A stretch of 64,000 bases of DNA, from NCBI GenBank assembly GCA_963719515.1, contig CAVRCJ010000010.1:736001-800000 (forward strand). Direction: 5' to 3'. Both the position numbers and the translations under genes were made by a program. Origin of the DNA: an uncultured cyanobacterium (GTDB lineage: Bacteria; Cyanobacteriota; Cyanobacteriia; CAKZMO01). A model generated the notes under the pieces. It was not told the origin of the DNA and searched no databases. It worked only from the letters and a program-made list of their open reading frames with translations. Shown here piece by piece: positions 36,951 to 46,391 of the stretch; the first letter of the stretch is position 1, and each line of letters opens with the position of its first letter.

Positions 36951-38462
36951 ATGACTGGAGTGATAGCCCGAGCAGCAACAGCCGATCCCAGCACGACGGA
37001 TCTCCATGCCTACGTCAATGCAGAAGGGCGGAGCGACTTAGTTGCCCAGGTGCGATCCAAAATCCGCGAGCTGGGCATTCAGTACATCTACTACCAATTC
37101 GTCTCGGTGACCGGGCGCATCGTCGGCAAGGGCATTCCCGCCGACCATTGGGAGACCACGGCAGAAAACGGCTTTCAGCTGGTCTACGGCGCAACGGTGA
37201 ATCTAGCCATCAATCGCCACCGCAACTACATGGGCTACGGGCCAGAGGCGGCAGAGCTGGTGGCCATCCCGGACCCGGAAACCTTTTGCCAGCTGCCCTG
37301 GGACAAGCGCGTGGCGCGGGTCTACTGCGTCTGCTTTCGCAACCGCGAGGAAGTGGAGGAGGCTGGGGCGTTTCTCACCGCCGACTGCCGGGGTAACCTG
37401 AAGCGCATCCACGCTGACTTTCAGGCCACCCACGGTTTGCATCTGCGCCACGGCTGCGAGCCGGAGATGATGTGGCTCAAGAAAGGGCCGGACGGTAAGC
37501 CTAACGGCGGTGTTACCAAGCCCAACTGCTACCACATCGACCAGTTTGAAGAGCTGCGCCCTGTCTTCCTACGGGTGATTGAGTACAGCCGCGCTATGGG
37601 CCTGGACATGATTCAGGGGGATCATGAAGATGCGCCGGGTCAGCTCGAGCTGAACTTCATGTATGACGATGCCCTGCGCACCTGCGATCGCCTCACCACC
37701 TACCGGCAGATCTGCGCCCAGGTAGCCCGCGAGTTCGATCTGATTGCCTGCTTCATGTCCAAGCCGTTCTTGGGAGTGTCGGCCTCAGGCTGTCACCACA
37801 ACCTGTCGCTTTGGGACGGCGGCAGCGACAAAGCAAACACCTTTGATCTTGAAACCCTACCGGGAATGGAGGAGAATTTCACCTACCGCAAGGGCGGAGA
37901 AAACACCTTCATGCCCGTGGAGGGAGAATCTCGTCGCATTCCGGGGCCGGTGGGCCTCAAGTGCATTGGCGGCGTGATTGAGCATTTAGGAGCCTTGACG
38001 GCGATCGGCTGCTCCACGGTGAACTCCTACCGCCGTCTGTGGGATGCGGGCTTTTGGGCTCCGGTTTATTCCGACTGGGGCTACCAAAATCGCACCTGCG
38101 GGCTGCGGGTATCCGCGCCGGGGCGGTTTGAGTATCGGGCGGTAGATTCGATGGTGAACCCCTACCTGATGGCGGGGGCGCTGCTGAAGGCCTTTGACGA
38201 TGGCCTCACCCGAAATCTCGACCCCGGCGAGCCGGAGCAGCGCAACATCTATGAGGCAATGGAAACCGGCAAGCAGGTGACGAAACTGCCCATGTGCCTG
38301 GGAGAAGCGGTAGACCGGCTCGCAGAAGATGAGGTGATCAAGTCGGCAATGCCGGGGGATATGCACCGGCTTTACGACGAGTATAAGCGGGATGAGTGGG
38401 AGCGCTTTTTGGCGACCACCAGCAACTGGGACAGTGAGGAGTACATGGACTGCCTGCCGTAG
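36951..38462 (+). CDS. Third, divergent glutamine synthetase-like ligase
   Basis: GRIVGKG, GCEPEMMW, DHEDAPGQLELN, FMSKPF, ASGCHHN, QNRTCGLRV, RFEYR. Confidence 0.9.
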   Translation: MTGVIARAATADPSTTDLHAYVNAEGRSDLVAQVRSKIRELGIQYIYYQFVSVTGRIVGKGIPADHWETTAENGFQLVYGATVNLAINRHRNYMGYGPEAAELVAIPDPETFCQLPWDKRVARVYCVCFRNREEVEEAGAFLTADCRGNLKRIHADFQATHGLHLRHGCEPEMMWLKKGPDGKPNGGVTKPNCYHIDQFEELRPVFLRVIEYSRAMGLDMIQGDHEDAPGQLELNFMYDDALRTCDRLTTYRQICAQVAREFDLIACFMSKPFLGVSASGCHHNLSLWDGGSDKANTFDLETLPGMEENFTYRKGGENTFMPVEGESRRIPGPVGLKCIGGVIEHLGALTAIGCSTVNSYRRLWDAGFWAPVYSDWGYQNRTCGLRVSAPGRFEYRAVDSMVNPYLMAGALLKAFDDGLTRNLDPGEPEQRNIYEAMETGKQVTKLPMCLGEAVDRLAEDEVIKSAMPGDMHRLYDEYKRDEWERFLATTSNWDSEEYMDCLP

Positions 38463-38557
38463 CCTAAACGCCCAACCCTAGACGCCTGCCTCTAACCGCC
38501 CAATATAGCCTGCACGCCTGCAGCCACCTGAGAAACAATCAATTGGAAAAGTCTTCG

Positions 38558-39961
38558 ATGATAACAACTAAATTTGACGTCAGATCCCACGGACTGCGCT
38601 TGGTCAGCGCTAGCAGTCTGGTGCTGGGAATCTTGGCCCCCTCACCCAAGGCGATCGCGGTAGAGTGCGGCCCTTCCCCAGAATCGCCCCAGTCTCATAT
38701 GCTGCCAGTCAATGCCGACACCGTGCATTGGGGATACTTCAGTCAGACTTTAGACCCGCAGCTGGTGATTCACTCCGGCGATACGGTGACGGTAGACACC
38801 TTGACCCACCACGCCAATGACGCCCCAGAGCTGATGGTGACCGGCGATCTAGGGGCAGAGAGCGTCTACGCCTGGACGGAAGACTTCAAGGGCGTCGATC
38901 GTCGGGGGGCGGGATCGGTAGACCCAGAGGTGTATGAAAACGGGGCTGGACAAGGCTTCGGGGTGCATATTCTCACCGGGCCGATTTACGTCTGTGGGGC
39001 TGAGCCTGGCGACGTCATCGAAGTGGAAATTCTTGAGGTGACGCCCCGTCCCAGCGCTAATCCAGAGTATGACGGACGCACCTTTGGCAGTAATGCAGCC
39101 GCCTGGTGGGGGTTTCACTATAGCGACCTCATCGAAGAGCCCAGCGATCGCGAAGTCATCACGATTTACGAACTCGACGCCACGGGAGAGCAGGACTACG
39201 CTACCGCTCTATTCAACTTCCAGTGGACTCCGCAAACCGATCCGTTTGGCGTGGTTCACCCCACCATCGATTACCCTGGTGTACCGGTGGACCCCGAGAC
39301 CGTGACCCGGAATTACGATGTGCTGGAAGGTATTGAAGTGCCGGTTCGACCGCACTTTGGCGTCATTGGCCTCGCCCCTAGTGAAGCTGACATTGTAGAT
39401 TCCGTGCCGCCTAGCTACTTTGGCGGTAATATTGACAACTGGCGCATTGGCGCTGGCGCCACGATGTACTACCCCGTAGCGGTCGCTGGTGGACTGCTGT
39501 CCCTAGGGGATCCCCATGCTGCCCAAGGGGATTCAGAGCTAGCGGGCACCGCCATCGAGACCTCCCTGACGGGAACGATTCGGGTCCATGTCCATCGCCA
39601 AGACGAGCTGCCCGGTACGGTGCTAGAAGGCCTTTACTATCCCCTGCTGGAAACAGAAACTGAGTATGTGGTCCACGGGTTTAGCTACGCCAACTACCTG
39701 GAAGAATTAGGGGAAACGGCGCAGCAAGACATCTACAATAACTCCTCCATCGATGAGGCAATGCGGGACGCCTTCCGCAAGCTGCGCCATTTTCTCATGA
39801 CGACTCAGGGGCTCAGTGAGGATGAGGCGATTACGCTGATGTCCGTGGCCGCTGACTTTGGCATTACGCAGGTGGTGGACGGCAACTGGGGCGTCCACGG
39901 CATTCTCGAAAAAGAGGTGCTTGTGCCTTCGCCTGAAGCGCTGCCGGATGCGACGGAGTAA
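38558..39961 (+). CDS. Acetamidase/formamidase family protein with apparent signal peptide
   Basis: TVHWGYF, HILTGPIYV, GGNIDN, GDPHAAQGDSE; N-terminal hydrophobic stretch ending in AIA. Confidence 0.88.
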   Translation: MITTKFDVRSHGLRLVSASSLVLGILAPSPKAIAVECGPSPESPQSHMLPVNADTVHWGYFSQTLDPQLVIHSGDTVTVDTLTHHANDAPELMVTGDLGAESVYAWTEDFKGVDRRGAGSVDPEVYENGAGQGFGVHILTGPIYVCGAEPGDVIEVEILEVTPRPSANPEYDGRTFGSNAAAWWGFHYSDLIEEPSDREVITIYELDATGEQDYATALFNFQWTPQTDPFGVVHPTIDYPGVPVDPETVTRNYDVLEGIEVPVRPHFGVIGLAPSEADIVDSVPPSYFGGNIDNWRIGAGATMYYPVAVAGGLLSLGDPHAAQGDSELAGTAIETSLTGTIRVHVHRQDELPGTVLEGLYYPLLETETEYVVHGFSYANYLEELGETAQQDIYNNSSIDEAMRDAFRKLRHFLMTTQGLSEDEAITLMSVAADFGITQVVDGNWGVHGILEKEVLVPSPEALPDATE

Positions 39962-40009
39962 TCAGGCTGGCAACAAAAGACGGCGGTAGGGTCTTGAGAT
40001 TCCAAAGGA

Positions 40010-40810
40010 TCAGTCCGTAACCGCCGTCACCACCTCATGAAAACCATCCCCCTCAGAGGCCTGCGTCACCGCGCGGGGATGATGGGATAGCCGGGACCAG
40101 TAATGCTCGATGTTGGCCACCCCCACCGAGCGCGGGAACTGCGAGGGATTAAATAAGCTCTCGTCGTTGGGGCTATCGCCGACGGTCAGCACCGAGTCGC
40201 GCTCTAGATGCGGGTAGGTTTCCCGCAGTACCCAAGCCACTGCGTTCGCCTTAGTTTGGTCTAACGCCGACAGGTGGCACTGCACCGTACTGTAGGTAAA
40301 TCCCCAGCCCGCCGCCCGGCAGCGATCGCCTATCAGCTGCAGTTCCTCTGCCGTCAAGCCCGCCACGTCAAACGTCCAGTCCGTCAACCGAAATGCGTTG
40401 TCCGTGGACTCTTTTATCTGCGGAACGTCGCTCTTGAGGCTTTCAAACAACTGCCTGAGCGCCTGCCGATGGGCGACTAGGTTTGCCAACAGCACAGGGT
40501 CTAGAAGCTGATAGTCCCCGTCACGGGAGCAGAATACGCCGCCGTTCTCCGCGATCGCCCCCGCCACGGGAAAGTAGTGGGCGAAAGCGCTCACCCAGCC
40601 TGCCGAGCGCCCCGTCACCAAAATCACCTCAACGTCGGCCTGCTGCAGGCGCGTCAAATCCTGCAGCAGCTGCGGGGTCATCTGTCCGTCCCGCGTCAGG
40701 GTGCCATCGACATCAGTGGCGATTAGGCGAATGGCGCTCAGGTCTTGGCTTGATAGGGGCTGAGGTAGAGGCATGAGGTTACGGGAAACAGCGTTATCGG
40801 GCAGCGTCAT
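40010..40810 (-). CDS. HAD-superfamily hydrolase (IIB-like)
   Basis: TDVDGTLT, VTGRS, IAENGG, GDSPND; start uncertain. Confidence 0.9.
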   Translation of the reverse strand: MTLPDNAVSRNLMPLPQPLSSQDLSAIRLIATDVDGTLTRDGQMTPQLLQDLTRLQQADVEVILVTGRSAGWVSAFAHYFPVAGAIAENGGVFCSRDGDYQLLDPVLLANLVAHRQALRQLFESLKSDVPQIKESTDNAFRLTDWTFDVAGLTAEELQLIGDRCRAAGWGFTYSTVQCHLSALDQTKANAVAWVLRETYPHLERDSVLTVGDSPNDESLFNPSQFPRSVGVANIEHYWSRLSHHPRAVTQASEGDGFHEVVTAVTD

Positions 40811-41004
40811 AGGAAAAGTGTATAGGCTGAGAGTCACAGCGTTGCGTAGGAGCCGTGCACTGAGGCTCTATGCTCTGTGCAATGTATGCAATGCCCAGAC
40901 TGTCATAGCGGCTGCAGGGTTTGGGCGGAGCGCTGATAGCAATTATGGCAATTGTCTCGGTCATCAAGGCAGAAACGGGATGGGGATGGACTTGGCGAGG
41001 CCGA

Positions 41005-42306
41005 TCACGTGAATACTCCCGACGTTCTTCCTGCGGAAGCGCTTTGCGAACATCCTACGGATAGAGCGCGGGCTTCATCGGTCACCCGATGAGTTTCCTG
41101 CTTCTGGGCCAGTTGGCTAGATATGGCTTCCCACATCCCCGCTACCTCGACTCCACAGGCAATTTGAATACCCGAAATTCCACGGGCGTTGATGACTTGA
41201 GCAGCGGCAATATCTCTCGGCTTGAGCGACCCACATTCATGACACCGATGAACGCGATCGCCCAACGATTTTTTGACCACAGCGCCGCAGTCTGGGCACT
41301 CCTGAGAAGTACCATAAGCGTCAACCTTGCCGTAATAGACGCCGCGCTTGAAGCACACCCACGGCAAGACCTGGTTTATGAACTGCCCCAAGCCAGCATC
41401 AAGAGTGTGTTTACCCAGCATCCCTTTCGCCATGATGCGAAAGTCAAGGTCTTCTACGAAGATGATCTGGGCCTGGTCACACAGCTTGTGGGCCAGCTTG
41501 AATTGCCAGTCAAGGCGGCAAGCTGCTATCTGCTCATGTACCCGTCCAATTCTTCCAATCAGCTTGGCGCGGTTATTCGAGCGCCGCTGCTTATTCTTCA
41601 GTCTGCGTTGCAGCAATTTAAGCTTGCGTTGCAGCTCACCAAAAAAGCGCGGGCGCTCTACCTGCAAGCCGTTGGAAGTGGACAGGAAATACTCGAGCCC
41701 GACGTCAATGCCGATGCTATGCCCAGCGGGAACGACATCAGGCACATTGACATCGGCTTGAATGCATAGGGTAGCGTACCACCCTGAATGCTTTTTGATT
41801 ATGCGCACCGTCTTTACTTTGAATCCATCAGGGATAGGGCGGTGCAGAACGATGCCCATCGTGCCCAGCTTAGGCAACTTGATTTGGCTACCCGTCACCG
41901 GGTTTTCCTTGAACTGCGGAAAGAGGAACGAGCGGTACTGCCCAAACTTCTTGAAGCGCGGGAAACCGTGGCCTCTCTCCTTCCTCGCAGCAAATGCTGC
42001 CTCTACCCTGCGAATAGGCTCTTGAAGCACCTGAGACTGCACGTCCTTCAGGTGAGGAAATATCTTCTTAGCCGCAGTCAGCGCATTTTGCTGTTTGTAG
42101 TAGTCAGGATATGGCGCGTCCGCCGCAATGATGTACTCCGATTGAAGCGAGCAGGCATTAGCCGCACAGCTTCTCGACTTTATCCAATCCTTGCGTTTGC
42201 GCAGCGCATAGTTGTAGACGCCACGACAGGTCTCAAGCCAACAGACCATACGGGCTTCCTGCTCAACAGACGGATAAATTCTGTAGGAGTAGTTCAAGGT
42301 CAACAC
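41005..42306 (-). CDS. tnpB: RNA-guided endonuclease TnpB
   Basis: YRIYP HTH, GFPRFKK, RuvC GIDVG / VEDL / RDIAAA, zinc finger CPDC…CHEC. Confidence 0.95.
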   Translation of the reverse strand: MLTLNYSYRIYPSVEQEARMVCWLETCRGVYNYALRKRKDWIKSRSCAANACSLQSEYIIAADAPYPDYYKQQNALTAAKKIFPHLKDVQSQVLQEPIRRVEAAFAARKERGHGFPRFKKFGQYRSFLFPQFKENPVTGSQIKLPKLGTMGIVLHRPIPDGFKVKTVRIIKKHSGWYATLCIQADVNVPDVVPAGHSIGIDVGLEYFLSTSNGLQVERPRFFGELQRKLKLLQRRLKNKQRRSNNRAKLIGRIGRVHEQIAACRLDWQFKLAHKLCDQAQIIFVEDLDFRIMAKGMLGKHTLDAGLGQFINQVLPWVCFKRGVYYGKVDAYGTSQECPDCGAVVKKSLGDRVHRCHECGSLKPRDIAAAQVINARGISGIQIACGVEVAGMWEAISSQLAQKQETHRVTDEARALSVGCSQSASAGRTSGVFT

Positions 42307-42431
42307 ACTTCGATTATAGCATCCTTAAGGAGTAGTGCGCCGCTCCTTAATTGTTCGCCTGAGGCTCACGCGCTTTTCATCCCGACGCTGATGCTGCGCA
42401 TACAGCGCGGGACTTCCCGTCTAATAGTTAA
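41009..42431 (-). mobile_element. IS200/IS605-family TnpB-only (IS1341-type) element
   Basis: Left-end hairpin GAAGTCCCGCGCTG…CAGCGTCGGGA (~42370-42420); right end …GTCGGGAGTATTCAC; no tnpA. Confidence 0.85.
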
Positions 42432-42564
42432 AGTCCATATGCGGCGCTAATTGAATGTGATGGCCGATTACTCTTCAACCGTCTCCATCAGTTTCATCAA
42501 CATCTCAAAAGGGCAGACGCGCTTTGACGGCTGCGGTGACAAAAACGAACGCAATTGGCCTCGT

Positions 42565-42795
42565 CTAGGTGCAACCTATCGCTGCAGCGGGGCGATCGCT
42601 CAGGGCCTCCGCGAGAGTCAGGGCTTCTTGATAGCAGCAGGATGCATTCTGGACTTGACCCAAATTCCAATAGCAATTCCCCAGAAGCTGGAACATCTGC
42701 TGCTCACCCCAAAAATCTCCGAGCACGGTCCACAGCGATAGCGCTGATTCTAGGTAGGGCTCTGACATCGCTATCAGTTTTTTGCATAAGATCAC
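42565..42795 (-). pseudogene. TPR-protein fragment
   Basis: LLGNCYWNLGQVQNASCCYQEALTLAEALSDR TPR-like segment in a short ORF. Confidence 0.45.
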
Positions 42796-42818
42796 TGCTG
42801 ACCTACTGCAATGGGAAG

Positions 42819-42873
42819 TGGAAGATAGGAGATTCTTTGGCGTAGCCTTTCCGTAAGGAAATACTCCTGACCT
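42819..42873 (-). repeat. Degenerate copy of the tRNA 3' end interrupted by an SDR-like insert
   Basis: TGGAAGATAGGAGATTC[27 nt]ACTCCTGACCT versus tRNA TGGAGAATAGGAGATTCGAACTCCTGACCT. Confidence 0.65.
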
Positions 42874-42887
42874 GGTATGGTGCGGGA

Positions 42888-42960
42888 TGGAGAATAGGAG
42901 ATTCGAACTCCTGACCTCTGCGGTGCGATCGCAGCACTCTACCAGCTGAGCTAATTCCCC
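42888..42960 (-). tRNA. tRNA-Ala (anticodon CGC)
   Basis: GGGGAATTAGCTCAGCTGGTAGAGTGCTGCGATCGCACCGCAGAGGTCAGGAGTTCGAATCTCCTATTCTCCA; cloverleaf with G3-U70 pair. Confidence 0.95.
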
Positions 42961-43200
42961 ACGCTATACAGGCGATCTTACCGCAGTCTCTGCGATGCGA
43001 CCGACCTTCGGTAACCCTTCGGGAACGCAGCACTCTACCAGCTGAGCTAATTCCCCACGCTATACAGGCGATCTTACCGCAGTCTCTGCGATGCGACCGA
43101 CCTTCGGTAACCCTTCGGGAACGCAGCACTCTACCAGCTGAGCTAATTCCCCATGCTATACAAGCGATCTTACCGCAGTCTCTGCGATGCGACCGACCTT
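42930..43200. repeat. Three tandem 79-bp copies (96-bp period) of the tRNA 5' half plus upstream DNA
   Basis: Units 42930-43008, 43026-43104, 43122-43200; identical 17-bp linkers CGGTAACCCTTCGGGAA. Confidence 0.92.
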
Positions 43201-43230
43201 TGACTAGCCCCTTATTAACGGATTCGACGT

Positions 43231-45132
43231 CTAAGGCTGGTTCTTCGAGGCTCCTCGCCGCCGAAGCTTGAAAAACCCCAAAGACAAAAAGCTAGGCGGA
43301 AACACCATCAGCAGCGGCAGACTCTTCGACAAATTTTCAAAAGTCGAGGCATAGCGCTGCTGGTACTTAGGCTTGCGGGGCTTCGCCAGAGTTGAGGCCA
43401 CCACCTGCTCAAAGGGCACCGCCCCCATGCGCAGCCAGGTTTTCAAGCTGGGCGGCAAATCCTGCACTAGCCGCGTCCGAACGCTATTCGTAGACCAAGA
43501 CTGCACATAGCCTGCAGAGAGAAATGGGCTGTAGAGGTCTGCTTCCGAGGTTTGCTGTTTGATAAACGAAAGGCTGAGACTGCGCACTAGGTTTCGCAGC
43601 GGCTCGGTCTCGCTCCAGCGTCGCTCCCTCAAAAAGCTGCTTTGGGCGAGAGCGTGGTTGAGGTTGCGGGGGTCACCCATGCTCAGGTGGGTCGCGCCAA
43701 TTGCAGTGACCAAATAGCGAGACTCAGACTGCAGCATTGTATAGGGCAGCAGCTGCTGAGAGACGGCGGGGGTAACGGGGTCTTCGCTCGCCGATAGCAC
43801 CAGCGTTGGTACTTTGACCTTCGCCAGCCCACTCTCCCCGAAGATGCGGCCCATCAGAGGGTTGAGGGCAATCACTTGGGTAATCCGCTCGTCGTAGACG
43901 GCAGGAATATCCTTGGGCAAATCCAACGCGCTGCACTGCAGCCAATCCCCTGGGGAGAGGCCCAGGAGACTGCGGCCCTGACAAAACTCAGTAAGGCCCT
44001 CTAAGTCTAGGGTGGCGCCAGCCAGGGCTAAGGCCGTGTAGCCCCCCAAGGAATGGCCAATGACCGTCACCTGCTCCGTATTAATTTGACGGTGTAGCAG
44101 CGTGGAGTATTTATTGAGCCGCGTCAGTTCGTCTAGTAGAAAGCTAACGTCTCGCGGGCGCTCTACAAATTCTTGCACCGGCAGCAGGTCATTCAAACCC
44201 CCTTCACCCAGATCCCCGACAGCTACACGAGAAAGCCAGGTAATGCTGCTGCCAGGGTGCTCCAGCGCCGCCACCGTCAGCCCGTGGGAAGCCAAATGCT
44301 GAGCCAAGTAGCTGAGAAATCGGCGGTCAGCCCCAAAGCCGTGGGAGATAATCACCAAAGGACCGTTGCGTTGACGACTCCAATACAGATCCACCGGGAT
44401 GGAGCGACTCCGATCGCGATCGCGAAAGGTGAGGGACTGCTGTCGTACTTGGGCGTACCCGGCTTCGGAAGGGTCGAAAGGAATAGCTAGAGCGGGGGCC
44501 TCCACCGTCAGCTCTTTTTCTAGTAACCCATTGAGGGCATGGCTTTGCCAGTGGGGGATATTGAGCTGCGACGCTAGGGCGATCGCCGCCGTGACGCTCA
44601 CGGTGACGTCGCGCTCGGGGTAGGTCTTGAGAAGCGTCAGTAAATTGAGCCCCTGCGTGTGAGTGATCGTTTGGTGAAACGCCGACTCGATTTCCTCGGG
44701 AGTACTATCGGGCAGCGCCATCAGCAGCCCCTCCATGAGCTGCTGCCCTGAAGCAGAATTGAGGAGGTCTTCTGTGAGAGTTTCGCTAGCGCTGGGGTTG
44801 AGGAGTACCGAGGAGGTAAGGGCGAGGCGCAGGCTCTCGGTGAGCAAGGGGCGATAGAGCATCAAGGAGGGAGAGACGGTGCCGCTGTAGGCGAACTTCT
44901 CCAGGTCAGCAACGTTCACCGACTGCTCAACTGGCCCTAAGCGAAGGTGAAGCCGCTCGGCTGCGATCGCCGGAGAAGATCCTGCGAAGCTACCGATAGC
45001 GGCGACAGCTAGTCCCCAGGCGATCGCAGGGGGGCAGCGGGCGGCGTTAAATTGAGCGCAGGCCCGAGCCCAGTGGCCTCGGACAAACGGGGCAAAATCA
45101 AAAGAGGTCGATGGCACGGCAATAGGCTGCAT
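43231..45132 (-). CDS. DUF1400-containing alpha/beta hydrolase
   Basis: AAERLHL…VADLEKFA, ISHGFG, GHSLGG. Confidence 0.88.
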   Translation of the reverse strand: MQPIAVPSTSFDFAPFVRGHWARACAQFNAARCPPAIAWGLAVAAIGSFAGSSPAIAAERLHLRLGPVEQSVNVADLEKFAYSGTVSPSLMLYRPLLTESLRLALTSSVLLNPSASETLTEDLLNSASGQQLMEGLLMALPDSTPEEIESAFHQTITHTQGLNLLTLLKTYPERDVTVSVTAAIALASQLNIPHWQSHALNGLLEKELTVEAPALAIPFDPSEAGYAQVRQQSLTFRDRDRSRSIPVDLYWSRQRNGPLVIISHGFGADRRFLSYLAQHLASHGLTVAALEHPGSSITWLSRVAVGDLGEGGLNDLLPVQEFVERPRDVSFLLDELTRLNKYSTLLHRQINTEQVTVIGHSLGGYTALALAGATLDLEGLTEFCQGRSLLGLSPGDWLQCSALDLPKDIPAVYDERITQVIALNPLMGRIFGESGLAKVKVPTLVLSASEDPVTPAVSQQLLPYTMLQSESRYLVTAIGATHLSMGDPRNLNHALAQSSFLRERRWSETEPLRNLVRSLSLSFIKQQTSEADLYSPFLSAGYVQSWSTNSVRTRLVQDLPPSLKTWLRMGAVPFEQVVASTLAKPRKPKYQQRYASTFENLSKSLPLLMVFPPSFLSLGFFKLRRRGASKNQP

Positions 45133-45428
45133 CAGCTAGAAGGCTGGCTGAGGGCATTTTGTGACAAAGTCCGGCTCAGCTCAGGGGGGTTACGGCAACC
45201 TCCACGTCTCTATTCATCCGCCGCACTTAGGCGTCAACGACTTTACCAAAACTAAAGATTTGAGACACCAAATTTTGAACGCTGGTAACAGCATCGATGA
45301 GGAGTCTTAAACGCCGCATCCCTTCCCCTAAGCTATCGCACCCGTTGAGGGAATTGAGCTTAGATGAAGACATCTAGACATTTGGCCTATGGCTCGTCCA
45401 CCGCCTTGAAAATTAAAGCGGGAGAGCC

Positions 45429-46268
45429 TTAAGGAGAGATTCGCCGGTAGCGGGCCTGAACCAGCATGTGAATCCCGTAAGCAAGCATGCCAAACGCGAT
45501 AATGCCCATTAACACAGCGCCAAAGGGTTGCTGCTGTATAGCCTGCATCGCTCCTGCCGTCGTCTTGGCCTGACTCGCATCAGACGAGCGCGCCGCTTGG
45601 GCGAAGAAGTATCCGACAATAACTGAAACGATTCCCTTGCAGATCAGACCGAACCGACCAATGCGGACAGCCCAGGTTTGTTCGGTCTGGCTCATCTCAG
45701 CAAGCTTGAGCTTTTTGCGAAACTTGATTTTGACGCCCCGATAGATACAGTAAAAGCCGTAGGCCGCCGCGCCGGCAGCGACCAGCCCGACTAGCCAGCG
45801 GCCAAAGGGCTGGGAAAGCAAGGTCGCAGTTTGCTCGCCAGACCCACCGCCAGACCCGCTGCCGCTAGAAGACGACCCGCCGCCAAACACAATGCGAAAT
45901 GCGGCGAAGGCCAAGCTGCCGTAGATGAGGCCGCTGACAGCGTAGGACAGGCGACGGACGATGTTTTTGGCACCGTCTTCGTCGTGCTCAGGGTCGTAAA
46001 TCGCGGCCACAAAACGCCAAACCACATAGCCTACCAGCCCGACTGCAACCAAAAAGAGAAGTATTTTCCCGAAGGGCTGATTGGCAATGGTCTGAAATGC
46101 GCCTTTCGAGCCGGTGACTTTACCACCCCAGTTAAAGGCGGCTTGAATAGCCAGTATTCCTACCAGGGCATAGATAACGCCCTTAGCTGCGTACCCGAAG
46201 CGAGCCAGAGCCTCGATCCATTCGGACGTGTCGTCAGGGCTAGCGGACCTAAATGATCGATTACTCAT
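45429..46268 (-). CDS. DUF1206 membrane protein
   Basis: ARFGYAAKGVIY; three QPFG repeats. Confidence 0.88.
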   Translation of the reverse strand: MSNRSFRSASPDDTSEWIEALARFGYAAKGVIYALVGILAIQAAFNWGGKVTGSKGAFQTIANQPFGKILLFLVAVGLVGYVVWRFVAAIYDPEHDEDGAKNIVRRLSYAVSGLIYGSLAFAAFRIVFGGGSSSSGSGSGGGSGEQTATLLSQPFGRWLVGLVAAGAAAYGFYCIYRGVKIKFRKKLKLAEMSQTEQTWAVRIGRFGLICKGIVSVIVGYFFAQAARSSDASQAKTTAGAMQAIQQQPFGAVLMGIIAFGMLAYGIHMLVQARYRRISP

Positions 46269-46391
46269 GATTACCTTAAAGGGTGAATCCCTCACGGAAT
46301 TGAACATCCGGTGGGTTACGGGGGGTCACCCTATTTAAGATTTAGTTCCCGTAACTTTTCATCTATCCGTTGTTAGAAGGAGCAAATGTTC

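Noticed and set aside
42930..43200. CRISPR array
   Set aside because: The linkers are identical, the units are tRNA-derived and no cas genes are present; it is a tandem duplication
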